From: Eledone cirrhosa
Lineage: Eukaryota
Direction: 5' to 3'
DNA length: 64,000 bases
NCBI GenBank assembly: GCA_964016885.1
Contig: OZ024740.1
Location: 15,314,001-15,378,000, forward strand
Shown here: piece after piece, positions 13,567 through 25,871 of the stretch
Position numbering within the stretch: the stretch's first letter is position 1
How the letters are laid out: every line of letters begins with the position of its first letter
The notes under the pieces: model-generated
What the model was told of the DNA's origin: nothing
The model's input: the letters and a program-made list of their open reading frames with translations, nothing else
Databases searched by the model: none
Translations under genes and position numbers: made by a program

Positions 13567-13639
<73 letters not shown>

Positions 13640-13642
<3 letters not shown>

Positions 13643-13858
13643 GGTTTGCCTTTCCTTCTGTTGTTTACTTGTCTCACTCGCTTTACGCGTTTCACTTGTC
13701 CCAATAGCTTATTTTAGTTATTGCTCGCACCAACCTGAGGTATCTGATTTTTAATGCGATGAAATACCAATGATGGTTGTCAAATTACTGATGAGGGACT
13801 AATTTTATAATATGTAATCCATGTGCAACCATGCAGTATTCTTCTCCCCTTGTTTTTC

Positions 13859-13860
<2 letters not shown>
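13640..13860 (+). mobile_element. Diverged family A fragment
   Basis: TTGCTCGCACCAACCTGAGGTAT...TTAATGCGATGAAAT...CTGATGAGG matches 5053-5130. Flanked by (TA)n. Confidence 0.65.
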
Positions 13861-13891
<31 letters not shown>

Positions 13892-13920
13892 TAGATCTAT
13901 ATGTATATATATATATGTGA

Positions 13921-13994
<74 letters not shown>

Positions 13995-14015
13995 GTATAT
14001 ATAGATATGTATGTA

Positions 14016-14096
<81 letters not shown>

Positions 14097-14203
14097 TTAT
14101 ATATATATATCTGTGTGTGTATATATTTATATATACACACTAACACACACACATATATATATATATATTTATATATACACCTATATATATAAACACATTC
14201 ACA

Positions 14204-14294
<91 letters not shown>

Positions 14295-14441
14295 CACACG
14301 TCAGACGCTCTACAATTACTATAAATTGAGGTCAAATATTCACAGAACTAAATACTGGATTGGTGTCTGTTATCTAGGATTGGTGTATCCCCCTCCACAC
14401 ACACATACACACACATACATATACACACACACACACTCACG

Positions 14442-14475
<34 letters not shown>

Positions 14476-14531
14476 AATATATATATATGTGTGTGTATGT
14501 AAATATATGTATATATACACACACATATATA

Positions 14532-14569
<38 letters not shown>

Positions 14570-14839
14570 CACTCACACACACACACATATGTGTGTGTGT
14601 GTATGTATATATATATATATATATATATACTTACATATACATATATACTTACACATGCCGACACACCCATATATATATATGTATGTATGTGAATGTTTGT
14701 GTACGTTTATAAAGACATGTATATATGTATGTACGTATCAATATAAGTGTGTATGTATGTGTGCATGTATATATGTATGTATATATGTATGTATGTGTGT
14801 ATGTATGTATGTATGTATGTATGTATGTATGTATGTATG

Positions 14840-14871
<32 letters not shown>

Positions 14872-14927
14872 TGTATGTATGTATGTATGTATGTATGTGT
14901 GTATATATGTATATATATATATGTATG

Positions 14928-14961
<34 letters not shown>

Positions 14962-14972
14962 TGTATGTATGT
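13860..14972. repeat. (TA)n/(TG)n/(CA)n/(TATG)n microsatellite field
   Basis: Direct inspection. Confidence 0.9.
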
Positions 14973-15600
14973 GTCAGGTCACCAGTTGGTGCTACTGGTA
15001 ACATGTATCCCAGTACAACCTGTCTCATGGTCGGGTCGTTGGCGACTAAACTGACAACCCCACCAAGGTTTCTTGGTGAGGAGGGTGACTTTGGACATCC
15101 TGCAGGACTAAAAACAAAACCTGTCAAAGGGCAAAGGAGCACTTAAGAGTCAATGGCCATCCAAAATCACCGGGAGAGATGACCCCTTAGCCTTTGTCAA
15201 GGCAGAATTCTAGGAGAAGGAAAACTCTTATATAACACCTGCAACCCTGATGGTATCCAATGATGTTGACTTGTTCTTCTTTTTGGTAAATATCATCTTG
15301 GTTAAGAGAGTGGGACTGGCTTTGTGCAGTGCCTTTGCTCACTATAAAAGCTTCACGGCACAGGCATTGCTTTATATCTGGAGATCTCTCTGCACTTGTC
15401 GTCACATGGTACCATGGGCCCAGCACTATGTGTCAATAATTGTCACAGGTATAGTGTTTGTACCAGAGTTTTCAAGTCGCTGGCTGGACTAAAAAGTCAT
15501 ATTCGTTCAGCGCATCGGTAGGCGTTCTCCTACATGGATATAAAGTATTGGCCGTACTCGAAAACGAGTTGGCAGCCACCATGTATGTATGTATGTATGT
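14972..15600 (+). mobile_element. Non-autonomous bipartite RTE-derived element with (ATGT)n tail
   Basis: Near-identical inverted copy at 34965-35685. It has an RTE-like 5'UTR motif (GGAGAAGGAAAACTCT). The 3' end encodes the remnant C2H2 finger CTRVFKSLAGLKSHIRSAHR* and is followed by a (TATG)n tail. Confidence 0.65.
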
Positions 15601-15861
15601 GTGTATATTTGTATATATATATATATGTATGTATATATGTATGTATGTATGTATGTAAGTGATTCATGATAATTTGATGAAGTCAGCATTTCATGTTCAG
15701 CACCAAATGGATGTCTGTGTATGTGTGTGTGTGTGTATATGTATGTGTGTATGTGTGTGTGTGTGTATATGTATGTGTGTATGTGTGTGTGTATGTTTGA
15801 GTATATGTGTGTGTGTGGGGGGGGGTTTAAATATTTCTATATACATATGTACATATATATA

Positions 15862-15995
15862 TGAATAAAGTTAGTCCTTCATCAGTGATCTTCCAACCAT
15901 CATTGGTATTTCATCGCTTTAAAGACCATATACCTCCGGTTGGTGCGAGCAACGGCTAAAAAAAGTCGTCGGGACACGTAAATAATGGGGACACT
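15862..15995 (-). mobile_element. Family A terminal fragment fused to the downstream PLE
   Basis: Similar to 4291-4424 (TCATCAGTG..CCAACC..GGTTGGTGCGAGCAACGGCTAAAAAAA..GGGACACGTAAATAA). Confidence 0.7.
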
Positions 15996-18183
15996 ACGCA
16001 CCGCACACCCACCCACCGTCTCCCCTTCCCAAATCACCTACCACCCCTCCACCCTACCCCTCCACCGCACCATCCTCCGCTTCTTCCGACGCCTCCAGTC
16101 CGACTCCTCCACCTCCCACATCTTCCCAGCCCCACCACTCCCCTCCTTCAAACGCGCACGCAATCTCCGCACCCTCCTCATCCGCAGCTCCCCCCACGCC
16201 CCCCGGTTCCCTTCCTTGTTCCAGGCCTCGTTGCATCACCTGTCCCCACATCACCAACACCACCACCTTCCAGGGTCCCAACGGCCACTCTCTCTCTGTC
16301 TGGCATGCCTTCCGCTGCACCTCCTCCAACCTAGTCTATGGACTTCGCTGCACGGAGTGCAGCGCAACCTACGTTGGACTGACTGGACTTCGTCTCGGCG
16401 GTAGTTAGCCCATCGCCCGCCACTTTGGCACTCCTGGACATTCCGTGCACCACCTCACAGTCTGTGGCCTACTACAATGCCACGGAACACCCGCCAGCCT
16501 CCTCAGGGTCGAACAACGCACCATCTTCACCCTACAGACCCACACTCCTCCCTGCCTGAACTCCCCACCCCTATTCCTTTAGCCTTCGACCGCCCTGTTC
16601 CTCCCCCCCCACATATATCCCCCACTAACACCACTAACACACTCCTCCTTTTCACCGCCCACCCCACAACTAACAATACTAACACCCCACCCCCGACCAC
16701 CCTCCCCAACTAACAATACTAACACCCCCTCCCCCTCCCCCTATCACGCACACACCCACCGGTACATATACACACGCACTCACACTAACCACACACCCTT
16801 TCTACCACCACTAACCCTCACCCACACATCCACTCCCACCAACCCACAACTAATACCACTAACATCCCCCCCGACCCCACGCACACGAACACCCACACCC
16901 ACCCACACCCACTTACACCACCCACTCTACACACCCTACCACCACTGACCCCCACTAACACACCCGCAATCAACCCTTTCCCCACCACCAGTATACTAAC
17001 ACCCACTAACACCCCCTTCAACACACACACTCATCCAAACACGCACACACACACCAGTACACTACACTCCCTCCATCGTCCCACACACCTTTCTCTCCCT
17101 CTCCCCGCTCCACCCACACTCCTTCACACACACACGCACATCCCACAAACACCTCTACTAATACACCCCACCCGACCCCCGCACAACCCTCTCCCCACTC
17201 CACCTTTCACACCTACCCATCCTCTCACCTGTCCACCGCACCTCCGCACACACTGACACACCGACTTTCTCCACCTGCCATTCTCCCCTACTGCTGCTAT
17301 GCCCTGACCCTCTGCCCATCACTCCGCACACACAGACACACAACCCTCCTCCTGCCTTGACCTTCTGACAACTTCCTGTTGCGCGCGCACCCCACATCTC
17401 CCCTCTTCCGACCAACCCAACCACAGATTACACACATTGGACATCGCTCCCACGAATCAACTCCATCACTAGGAAAATATCCGGCACCCCACCACACCCT
17501 TACGGAACTACCTTAGGAACTTACCCACGGACATACACTCACAAACATTTTTTTTCCCACACGCCACTTACATCCACAATACGTATAAACACCACACACA
17601 CGTGCGTACCCCCACATATTTACACACTCAGTCTCCGGAATCCTCTCCCTCCCTCTGACCCCTCCCCCACCCCTCTGATCCCTTCCCATCCACACACGCA
17701 CACACACACCGACCTACACCCTACCCCACACACACCTTTTCCTGAACATGGAACCCCGTTCTTCCCCCAACTCTCACATTCACACACACACACACACACA
17801 CACGCACACCTACACACACACCACCTTCAGCCCTCCCCGCTCGGACACCCCGCCTCCCTCTCCCCACTCCACCCGCCACTCCTCCTACACGCTCCACACC
17901 CTTCCACCACTTGTTTATCTTCATGTTTATTTTTATTTTTATTATGTTTTTCTATTTATTTTCATTTGTACCCCTTCTACCGTTTCCTGTCACCCCTTTT
18001 CTCTAAATGTCTCTCCCCCACTCCCCTACACACCCTTGGAACTCTCTTCCCACACACTTTTCGCCTGAAGAAGGGTTTATGCCCGAAACGTCGTTCCCCA
18101 CCTCCACCCACTCTCAAGAGCGTGAAACTAATAAACCTTTGTTCGTACTGCCTCTCTGTTTTGTTCCCGTTCCATTTTTCACT
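15996..18183 (+). mobile_element. 5'-truncated, frameshifted Neptune-like PLE with long C/A-rich 3' region and HHR
   Basis: Reading across frames gives ITYHP...LQSD.ST..IFP.PPL.SFKRARNLR.LL, PCSRPRCITCPHI and FRCTSSNLVYGLRCTECSATYVGLTG (Cys linker + GIY-YIG) at ~16030-16560. HHR at 18062-18094. Ends in (TA)n. Confidence 0.85.
18062..18094 (+). ncRNA. Minimal PLE-type hammerhead ribozyme
   Basis: C-CUGAAGA-A-GGG-UUUAUG-CCC-GAAAC-GUC-G. Stem III is the palindrome ACGU, typical of PLE HHRs. Stem I is weak. Confidence 0.75.
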
Positions 18184-18194
18184 ATATATATATA

Positions 18195-18248
18195 TAACTC
18201 TTTTACCTGTTTCAGCCATCCGGCTGAGGCCATGCTGGGGCACCGCCC
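18195..18248 (-). mobile_element. SINE 3'-end fragment
   Basis: TTTTACCTGTTTCAG...GGCCATGCTGGGGCACCGCC. A related decayed piece lies at ~30180-30270. Confidence 0.4.
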
Positions 18249-18265
18249 TATATATATATATATAT

Positions 18266-18668
18266 AGAACGTGGGTGTGTTGTGACCTGGAGGGGTTCCT
18301 CAATCTGACAATGTCTAGGACACAGCGTATGTCACCACGGCTCTCATACCACTCCGTCCCCTGTCAAGAGCCTATACATATATAGGTATACATTCATATA
18401 TATATATATATATGTATTTATATGCAAAAATTAAACGGAACCAACAAAGCAAATAACACAGTACACTGAAGAAATATATTAGTTTAATGCTTGATATAGT
18501 AGGAAAGGAGTCTTTACGTTTTGGACATTTGTCCTTCATCAGAAGATAGAATGGGAAATAAAAGAAGAAATAGAAAGATAGAGAGTGAAAATAAGAAGGA
18601 ACGGAAATTTTCTTTTCTCTTTAGAAAAAAGCACGTGCGTATTCAGCCAGCCATTTCGTGGAATGTAT
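18266..18668 (-). mobile_element. ~400-bp duplicated block: PLE pLTR-like end with HHR + (TA)n + 105-bp flank (copy 1)
   Basis: Nearly identical to 30857-31256. Confidence 0.8.
18511..18546 (-). ncRNA. HHR motif with G12A core change
   Basis: Minus strand: UCUU-CUGAUGA-A-GGACA-AA-UGUCC-AAAAC-GUA-AAGA. Confidence 0.65.
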
Positions 18669-18670
18669 TT

Positions 18671-18711
<41 letters not shown>

Positions 18712-18836
18712 TAAAACGTGTGTGTACGTATATATATATATTTGATCTCATGTAAAAGTCGACCCTATTATGCTTAATCGTTGTAAGAGTTCATTTTCTT
18801 AATTTCTTATTGTCTCTAGGACTTCTGATATCTATT

Positions 18837-18923
<87 letters not shown>

Positions 18924-18929
<6 letters not shown>

Positions 18930-19342
18930 GAACACTGGAAGGTAATATCCGTAGTGGTAGAGCACTCAGTCCATGGGACGAGTACACAACCACAGACAAG
19001 CACACAACCACAGAGTTTTAGTAGTATATAGATAGATATACTTTCATCACTTCAAAAGCCGAAAATTCGGCTTTGTACATTGTGGTAACACAACAGTTAG
19101 TTCACCATACCGAGAACAATTGTTTCACATTAGAGGATCTTACGGATACGGTTGTTCTTCCTGTTCCGTATAACCATGATCAGTACGAGCTGAAGATCCG
19201 CTAAGGTGAAACAATTGTTCCCGTTATGGTGAACTAACTGTTGTGTTACCACAACGTACAAAGCCGAATTTTCGGTCTTTGAGGCGATGAAAGTATATCT
19301 ATTTATATACTACTAAAACTCTGTGGCTGTGTGCGTGTCTGT
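18924..19342 (+). mobile_element. Fold-back non-coding element with HHR (family B)
   Basis: Arms ~18990-19128 and ~19206-19342 are inverted. A related rearranged copy lies at 22264-22510. Confidence 0.7.
19186..19223 (+). ncRNA. Minimal HHR motif
   Basis: CGAG-CUGAAGA-U-CC-GCUAA-GG-U-GAAAC-AAUU-GUU-CCCG. The inverted arm and the 22.47-kb copy read GUU-CUCG, which restores stem I. Confidence 0.65.
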
Positions 19343-19596
19343 AATTTAATACAACCAAAACGGCGCATAATAGGAAAATACTTTGAATGGAAGTTGCCCC
19401 TGAAATGGGAATACAATTGGAATAAAACAAGTTTCGCTTAAATCGGAGCACTGGTTCCCGAGATACTGGGTTTTACCGAGTACCTTCATAAATAGAACGA
19501 GAGAAAGATGGAGAGAAAGAGATATTAGTTGCGAGAGAGTAGCGAATATTTCCTGCTAAATAGGAAAGGTTTCTGTGTGTGTGTATATATATATAA

Positions 19597-19637
<41 letters not shown>

Positions 19638-20212
19638 AGTAGTAGTAGTAGTAGTAGCAGCAGCAGCAGCTGCTACTGATACCACTAATTCTCTTCCCCT
19701 CTCTATATTCCACTAAAAACCTCACTCTCTCTTACTCTCACAATACTCCCCTTCACTAAACCAACAAATTCTCTTACTCTCTCTATATCGCACTACATAC
19801 TTGACTCTCTTCACTGTCTTAACTCCCCCTCTATCACTAGGCTAATAAACTCTCACCCCTCTCTATATTCCACTACATACCTCTCTCTCTCCCAATTCCC
19901 TGTCTCTCACTAGACCACAAAATTCTCTCTCCCTTTCTATATTACTACAATATTTTTTACTTTGAAACAAATGTTTTCATCTGTAAAGATCTTTCTTTTT
20001 TGGGGTGGGGTGCTTTTGTTGAATTATTTGACAGGAGTTTAAAATATGCGGTGATGGAGGATGGTGGTGGTGTTATGGTGTAGAGCGTGGTGGTGGTGGT
20101 GGTAGTGTGGTGGTGGTGGTGGTGTTTGTTTATTTTGAATCTATCTATCTATATACTACTAAAACGCTGCGATTGTGTGCTTGTCACAGACACCCATATA
20201 TATATATGTGTG

Positions 20213-20244
<32 letters not shown>

Positions 20245-20246
<2 letters not shown>

Positions 20247-20395
20247 ATCTGGTCTTTTACGATTTGAACACATGTATGTTTATATATGTGTTTATCTCAC
20301 TTTTATATTCAATTATATTACACGACTCAGAAAAACCTCTTTCTTTGAGCTATTTAATTTTAAGAGACTATTTTGAGTTTCTAACTCAATATATA
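20245..20395. mobile_element. Diverged fragment of family C
   Basis: Direct similarity to 21760-21905. Confidence 0.7.
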
Positions 20396-20402
20396 CCTTT
20401 TA

Positions 20403-20467
<65 letters not shown>

Positions 20468-20616
20468 ACACACGCATACATACATATATACATATGGGCC
20501 TTCCAATTTCATTTTACATTATATACATTTCTGTGTATATTTTAATTAAATGAAGTATTTCCGTAGTAAAGGTAAAGGAAAAGTGAGTGCTCTATGTAGG
20601 CTACAGAGCTTTTTAT

Positions 20617-20788
20617 AATGTAATAAACAACATAAGATAATTATTTCATTTACCTATGGTTTCTTGAAGACAGATACTTATGTCTGTCTTCATTATATTT
20701 CTTCTGATGAATGAAGACAGACATAAGTATTTGTCTTCCAGAAACCATTGGTAAATGAATTAATTATCTTATGTTGTTTATTACATAA
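20617..20788 (+). mobile_element. Fold-back mini-element with HHR motif at 20701-20757
   Basis: Arms 20617-20694 and 20711-20788 are inverted. CUGAUGA-AU-GAAGACAGA...UUUGUCUUC-CA-GAAACC-AUU-GGUA. Confidence 0.65.
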
Positions 20789-20851
20789 CTATATTTTAAT
20801 TATTCAAAAACTATTTTTAAGTAAACGTGACCCAACGGATCACGGGAGGTC

Positions 20852-21133
20852 TAGTGTAATCATATGAGTATAAAGAAATTGCTCAAGCGCAGAAATGCTG
20901 TAAAGATTACTTATAAAATCGGGTGAACAACCTTAAAGGAGGGAAAAAAGAATTTGCCAACGACCAGGAATTGAACCCCATATTTTCCAGATAGCGGCTA
21001 GAAGATATTTGGAAGATATAGGTTCAATTCCTTATCGGGGTCGTTGGCAAATTCTTTTTCCGTCTTTTAAGGGTCTTCGCTCTATTTTATAAACTAGCAT
21101 TTCTCCACTTTCTTTATAATTATATGATTAAAC
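20852..21133. repeat. Imperfect ~280-bp fold-back with tRNA-like A/B-box motifs at its centre (MITE-like or inverted SINE head)
   Basis: AAGAATTTGCCAACGACC..GGAATTGAACC pairs with GGTTCAATTCC..GGTCGTTGGCAAATTCTT. The outer arms also pair. Confidence 0.6.
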
Positions 21134-21152
21134 ACACACACACACAGGTATA

Positions 21153-21956
21153 TATATAATTGAATATACAAGAGAGATAAACACAAATATAAACATACAT
21201 GTGTTTGAATTGTAAAGGACCAAGTTCACTAGAGTGAAAAAATACTAACTATAACAATATGGTTTGCCAGACTCAATTTAAAGTAATAAATCAAGAAAAA
21301 GAAGAACAAACCTATATTGGGCAACTGCCTGAAACACCCAGACAGCTATGGGAGCTGTTTCGCAAATTATTTAGCGAAGGAAATCACCAATTTTCTACTC
21401 TTCAGTGGGTGTAAAAATTAGTAATCCCTCCACTTCTAAGTATATCAGAAGACTGAATAGTATGCGAATATGAAATAAAGCACATGGCGTCAGAACTAGC
21501 GTGTCTCATAAACGTACGCTGCTAAATGTCGTTTACACGACATTTAAATTAGCTCGACAAGACGGAGCCGACAATATCAGATATTGAGTTAGAAACTCAA
21601 AATAGTCTTTTACAATTAAATAGCTCCAAGAAAGAAGTTTTTCTGAGCCGTGAAATATAGTTGCCCAATATTGGTTTGTTGTTCTTTTTCTTGATTTATT
21701 ATTTTAAATTGAGTCTAGCAGACCCTATAGTTATAGTTAGTATTTTTTCACTCTAGTGAACTTGGTCCTTTACAATTCGAACACATGTATGTTTATACTT
21801 GTGTTTATCTCTCTTGTATATTCAACTATATTTCACGGCTCAGAAAAGCCTCTTTCTTGGAGCTATTTAATTGTAAAAGACTATTTTGAGTTTCTAACTC
21901 AATATCTAATATTGTCGGCTCCGTCTTGTCGAGTTAATTTAAATGTCGTGTTAACG
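21153..21956 (-). mobile_element. Family C retrozyme-like element: ~500-nt permuted monomer plus inverted partial copy
   Basis: 21160-21326 is the reverse complement of 21659-21824, and 21531-21663 is the reverse complement of 21822-21956. A canonical HHR lies between them. Flanked by TA-rich tracts. Confidence 0.7.
21334..21412 (-). ncRNA. Canonical type I hammerhead ribozyme
   Basis: Minus strand: ACACCCA-CUGAAGA-GUAGA..UUGGUGA-UUUCCU-UCGCUAA..UUUGC-GAAAC-AGCU-CCCAU-AGCU-GUC-UGGGUGU. It has a 7-bp stem I, a 6-bp stem III and a GUC triplet. Confidence 0.9.
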
Positions 21957-21962
21957 CGGCTG

Positions 21963-22047
<85 letters not shown>

Positions 22048-22263
22048 CACATATATTATAGAAATGATTTCTACAAGACTAGAAAGTCTACATTTCCTGC
22101 CCTGTATGATTCATTCCTATAATAAAATAAATATATGCCTATACTTTTCTATGGTATTGAGTATTGAGTTCCTTTTTTAACTGTGGTCACCTCCCGATAG
22201 ACATCGGGAATCGATTTACACACACACACACACATACACACATATATACATGTATATATAGAG

Positions 22264-22510
22264 AGAGGTAGAACACTGGAAGGTAATTAATGTAGTGGTA
22301 GAGCACTCAGTACATGAAACGAGTTTGGTAGAAGTAGTAACACAACAGTTAGTTCACCATATCGAGGCCGTGGTTTTGTATTGCTTGGGTGAAGTGACTG
22401 TTTCTGCGCATGCGCGTTCATACGGTTGTTCTTCCTGTTCCGTATAACCGTTACCAGTCCGTAAAGTGAAACAATTGTTCTCGGTATGGTGAACTAACTG
22501 TTGTGTTACT
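22264..22510 (+). mobile_element. Family B second copy (HHR 5' core deleted)
   Basis: Shares GAGGTAGAACACTGGAAGGTAAT..., ATACGGTTGTTCTTCCTGTTCCGTATAACC and the inverted arms with 18924-19342. Confidence 0.7.
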
Positions 22511-22511
22511 A

Positions 22512-22556
<45 letters not shown>

Positions 22557-22588
22557 GCACACCACGCAATCACACGCACACACAACGG

Positions 22589-22621
<33 letters not shown>

Positions 22622-23244
22622 GAAAAGTGCCCCGCCGTTTTCGTCTTACAAACTCATATGTATTGGTGCCCCCGAGTCTAAGGGAGAAGACAGGGTGAAG
22701 TAGCTTGCCTATGATACAACCCGGAACGAGGAGGTCGTGAAGCGAACTCTTTCATCACCAAATCATGTCGGTTAATTGAGGTTTGTATATCCGTGTACTG
22801 TAGAATAATTATTTTCCAATTTACTGCTGACGTCAACTGACTTGCTAACGACTGCCTCTCATGTTTTATATATATAACCATTATATTTATTATAGTTCCT
22901 TTCTATTATCACATTATGATATACAATAATTTCATATTAGCTAATATCTTGTGGTTTTATGGTGTAGCTTTCTAGGAAAGTATGTGGTGGTTATATCTAG
23001 CATACGATACATTCGTAGAGTTGTTAGACCGTAGGATAAAATGTCTTGTGGTTTTCTGTGTGATGGAGTTCTGGTGTACTTTAAACATGGTTGATTTCTT
23101 CTAGAGTGGCAGAAAAGAATGGAGAAAGTTCTAATGAAGAGGAATCAGCCCCAGAACCGGACTGCTATAGTTTTATCGACTTCGAATGAATGAAAAACAA
23201 AATTGATGTCGATGGTATTCGAAGTCAGATAACACAGAGTTGTT

Positions 23245-23490
23245 GTGACAGCTCACACCTATGCAGGTTTAGCTGGCCTCCTCCAAGGTATATCTCGTTG
23301 GAGGTGTCTTGGGTAATTTAATGATAGGGACCCCAGTCTTATAATCTCATTTCTACATCTGAGTAAACTGGAGCAATGTGAAATAAAGTGTCTTGCTCAA
23401 GAAAACAACACATCACCCGGTCCGAGAATTTAACTCACAACCTTTCGATTGCAAGCACAATGCTGTAACCACTGAGCCATGTGCCTTCAC
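23245..23490 (-). mobile_element. tRNA-derived SINE with V-SINE-like core
   Basis: Reverse complement of 32619-32853. Has the TTGAGCAAGACACTT core and A/B-box-like motifs. Confidence 0.8.
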
Positions 23491-23821
23491 AGATAACACA
23501 GAATGTCGAAATAACAGAAATTGTCTGTCCGACGTTCTAACGACTCCTCCAATTCCTGCCAACCAGTTTTCTCTGCTCTGGGTTAAAGTCTATTGGGACC
23601 GTCAATTGAGTACTATTCCCACACGTAGAACAGAGCTAGTCGCCATTCAGAGAAAAGGCCCCTCGGTTCATCGTTATAAAATTACTGAGAGACACTCCAA
23701 CCACAGATGTGCTGTCCCCTCTTCTTCGACCCGAACTACAAGGGTTTTGTTCTAACAGCTTCTTAGTCTCTCATGTTTCTCACTCTCCCTCCTACTGTGT
23801 CCATCCCCAGCCCCTCGGGAC

Positions 23822-24036
23822 TTTTACTAACCCTTATACTTTACTGATCCCTAAAATTTACTAACCCCTATACTTTACTGACACTTATACTTTACTAACG
23901 CCTATACTTTACTGACCCCAATACTTTACTGACCCCTATACTTTACTAACTACTCTACTAACCCCTATACTTTACTGACCCCTATACTTTACTAACCCCT
24001 ATACTTTACTGACCCCTATACTTTACTAACCCCTAT
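23822..24036. repeat. 17-bp minisatellite (CCCCTATACTTTACTRA)n
   Basis: About 12 tandem copies. Confidence 0.9.
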
Positions 24037-24115
24037 ATACAGAGCCTGAGCACTGAAACTTTGTCCGAAATTAACAAAATAAATACAAATGTTACTGCCA
24101 CAAGAACAACATTAC

Positions 24116-24117
24116 CT

Positions 24118-24172
<55 letters not shown>

Positions 24173-24202
24173 CACTACTACTACTACTACTACCACTACT
24201 AA

Positions 24203-24240
<38 letters not shown>

Positions 24241-24367
24241 ATGCTACTGATTCTACTACTACTATTACTACTACTACTACTACCACCACTACTACTACTG
24301 CTACTATTACTACTACTACTACTACTACTACTAATACTACTACTACTACCACTAGTGCTGCTATTAT

Positions 24368-24409
<42 letters not shown>

Positions 24410-24432
24410 CACTACTACTACTACTACTACTG

Positions 24433-24504
<72 letters not shown>

Positions 24505-24541
24505 TTACTACTAACACTACTACTACTACTACTACTACTAA

Positions 24542-24604
<63 letters not shown>

Positions 24605-24657
24605 CACTATTACCGCCACTACTACTACTACTACTAATAATAATAATGCTACTGATG

Positions 24658-24706
<49 letters not shown>

Positions 24707-24723
24707 CACTACTACTACTACCG

Positions 24724-24775
<52 letters not shown>

Positions 24776-24909
24776 CACTACTCCTACCACTACTACTACT
24801 ACCGCCACTACTACTACCACTATTTCTACCAATACTACTACTACTACTACCACTACTACTACTACTACCACTACTACTACTACCAATACTACTACTACTA
24901 CTACTACTC
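24116..24909. repeat. (CTA)n trinucleotide array
   Basis: The poly-S, poly-L and poly-V ORFs are artefacts of this repeat. Confidence 0.95.
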
Positions 24910-25204
24910 ATATCAAAGGATTGACTGAAATATTGCCTCAAGTAGAAGTCTTACAACAATCAAAGATTTAATACCTTATTTCGTCTGCAATACAGCCTCC
25001 AGGTTATTATTGTTTATACTATTATTGTTATTTTGTCTGTTCGTCTATTGGCACCTGTAAGACATCACTCCTGTAAGTTTCTTCTCGTGCCTATTGTTAT
25101 AAAACCCTTCTATTGAACATTTGTTATCGTTTCATAGTTAAACTAACCAAGATTTTAGTGCGCTGCTTCGTATTTCTCTAGCTGTAGCCCTGAATGGCTA
25201 AACC

Positions 25205-25840
25205 CCTATTTACTTTAGAAACGCACCACTCAGTTGGTTTTGGAAAAAACATGCAGATGACAAATAGTCGTCCACAAAAGAGAACAGCCAACTGTCCACA
25301 AAAGAGAACATCCGGCTGTCCACAAAAGAGAACAGCTGGCTGTCCACAAAAAAAGAACAGCAGGCTGACCACAAAAGAAAACAGACGGCTGTCCACAGAG
25401 GAGTACAGTCGGCTGTCCACAAAAGAGAACAGCCGTGTGTCGACAAAAGAGAACAGCCGTCTGTCCACAAAAGAGAACAGCCGGCTGTCCACAAAAGAGA
25501 ACAGCCGGCTGTCCACAATACAGAAGAGCAGTCTGTCCACAAAATAGAACATCTGGCTGTCCACAAAATAGAGCAGCCACAGCCCAATTAGTTCAGAATG
25601 CAACGACAACAGCAGTAGAAACACAACAGTAACAATAACAACACCAACACCACCAACAACAACAACACCACCACCAACAACAACAACGACACCCCCACCA
25701 CCACCAACATCACCAACAACAACACCACCACCACCAACAACAACAACACCACCACCACCACCACTAACAACACCACCACCAACAACAACAACACCACCGC
25801 CAACAACAAAACCACCCACACCAACATCACCAACAACAAC

Positions 25841-25871
<31 letters not shown>

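Larger units (their letters stand above)
11921..13570 (+). mobile_element. 5'-truncated Penelope-like retroelement with inverted 5' pLTR copy (Naiad-like by inference)
   Basis: 11921-12075 is an inverted copy of 13357-13511. The internal ORF has RT thumb and GIY-YIG regions, and there is an HHR in the 3' pLTR. Both ends lie in (TA)n. Confidence 0.9.

Noticed and set aside
21270-21480. Possible GIY-YIG remnant (TYIG) on the plus strand
   Set aside because: Overlaps a canonical minus-strand HHR and an inverted repeat arm, and other endonuclease motifs are unconvincing.
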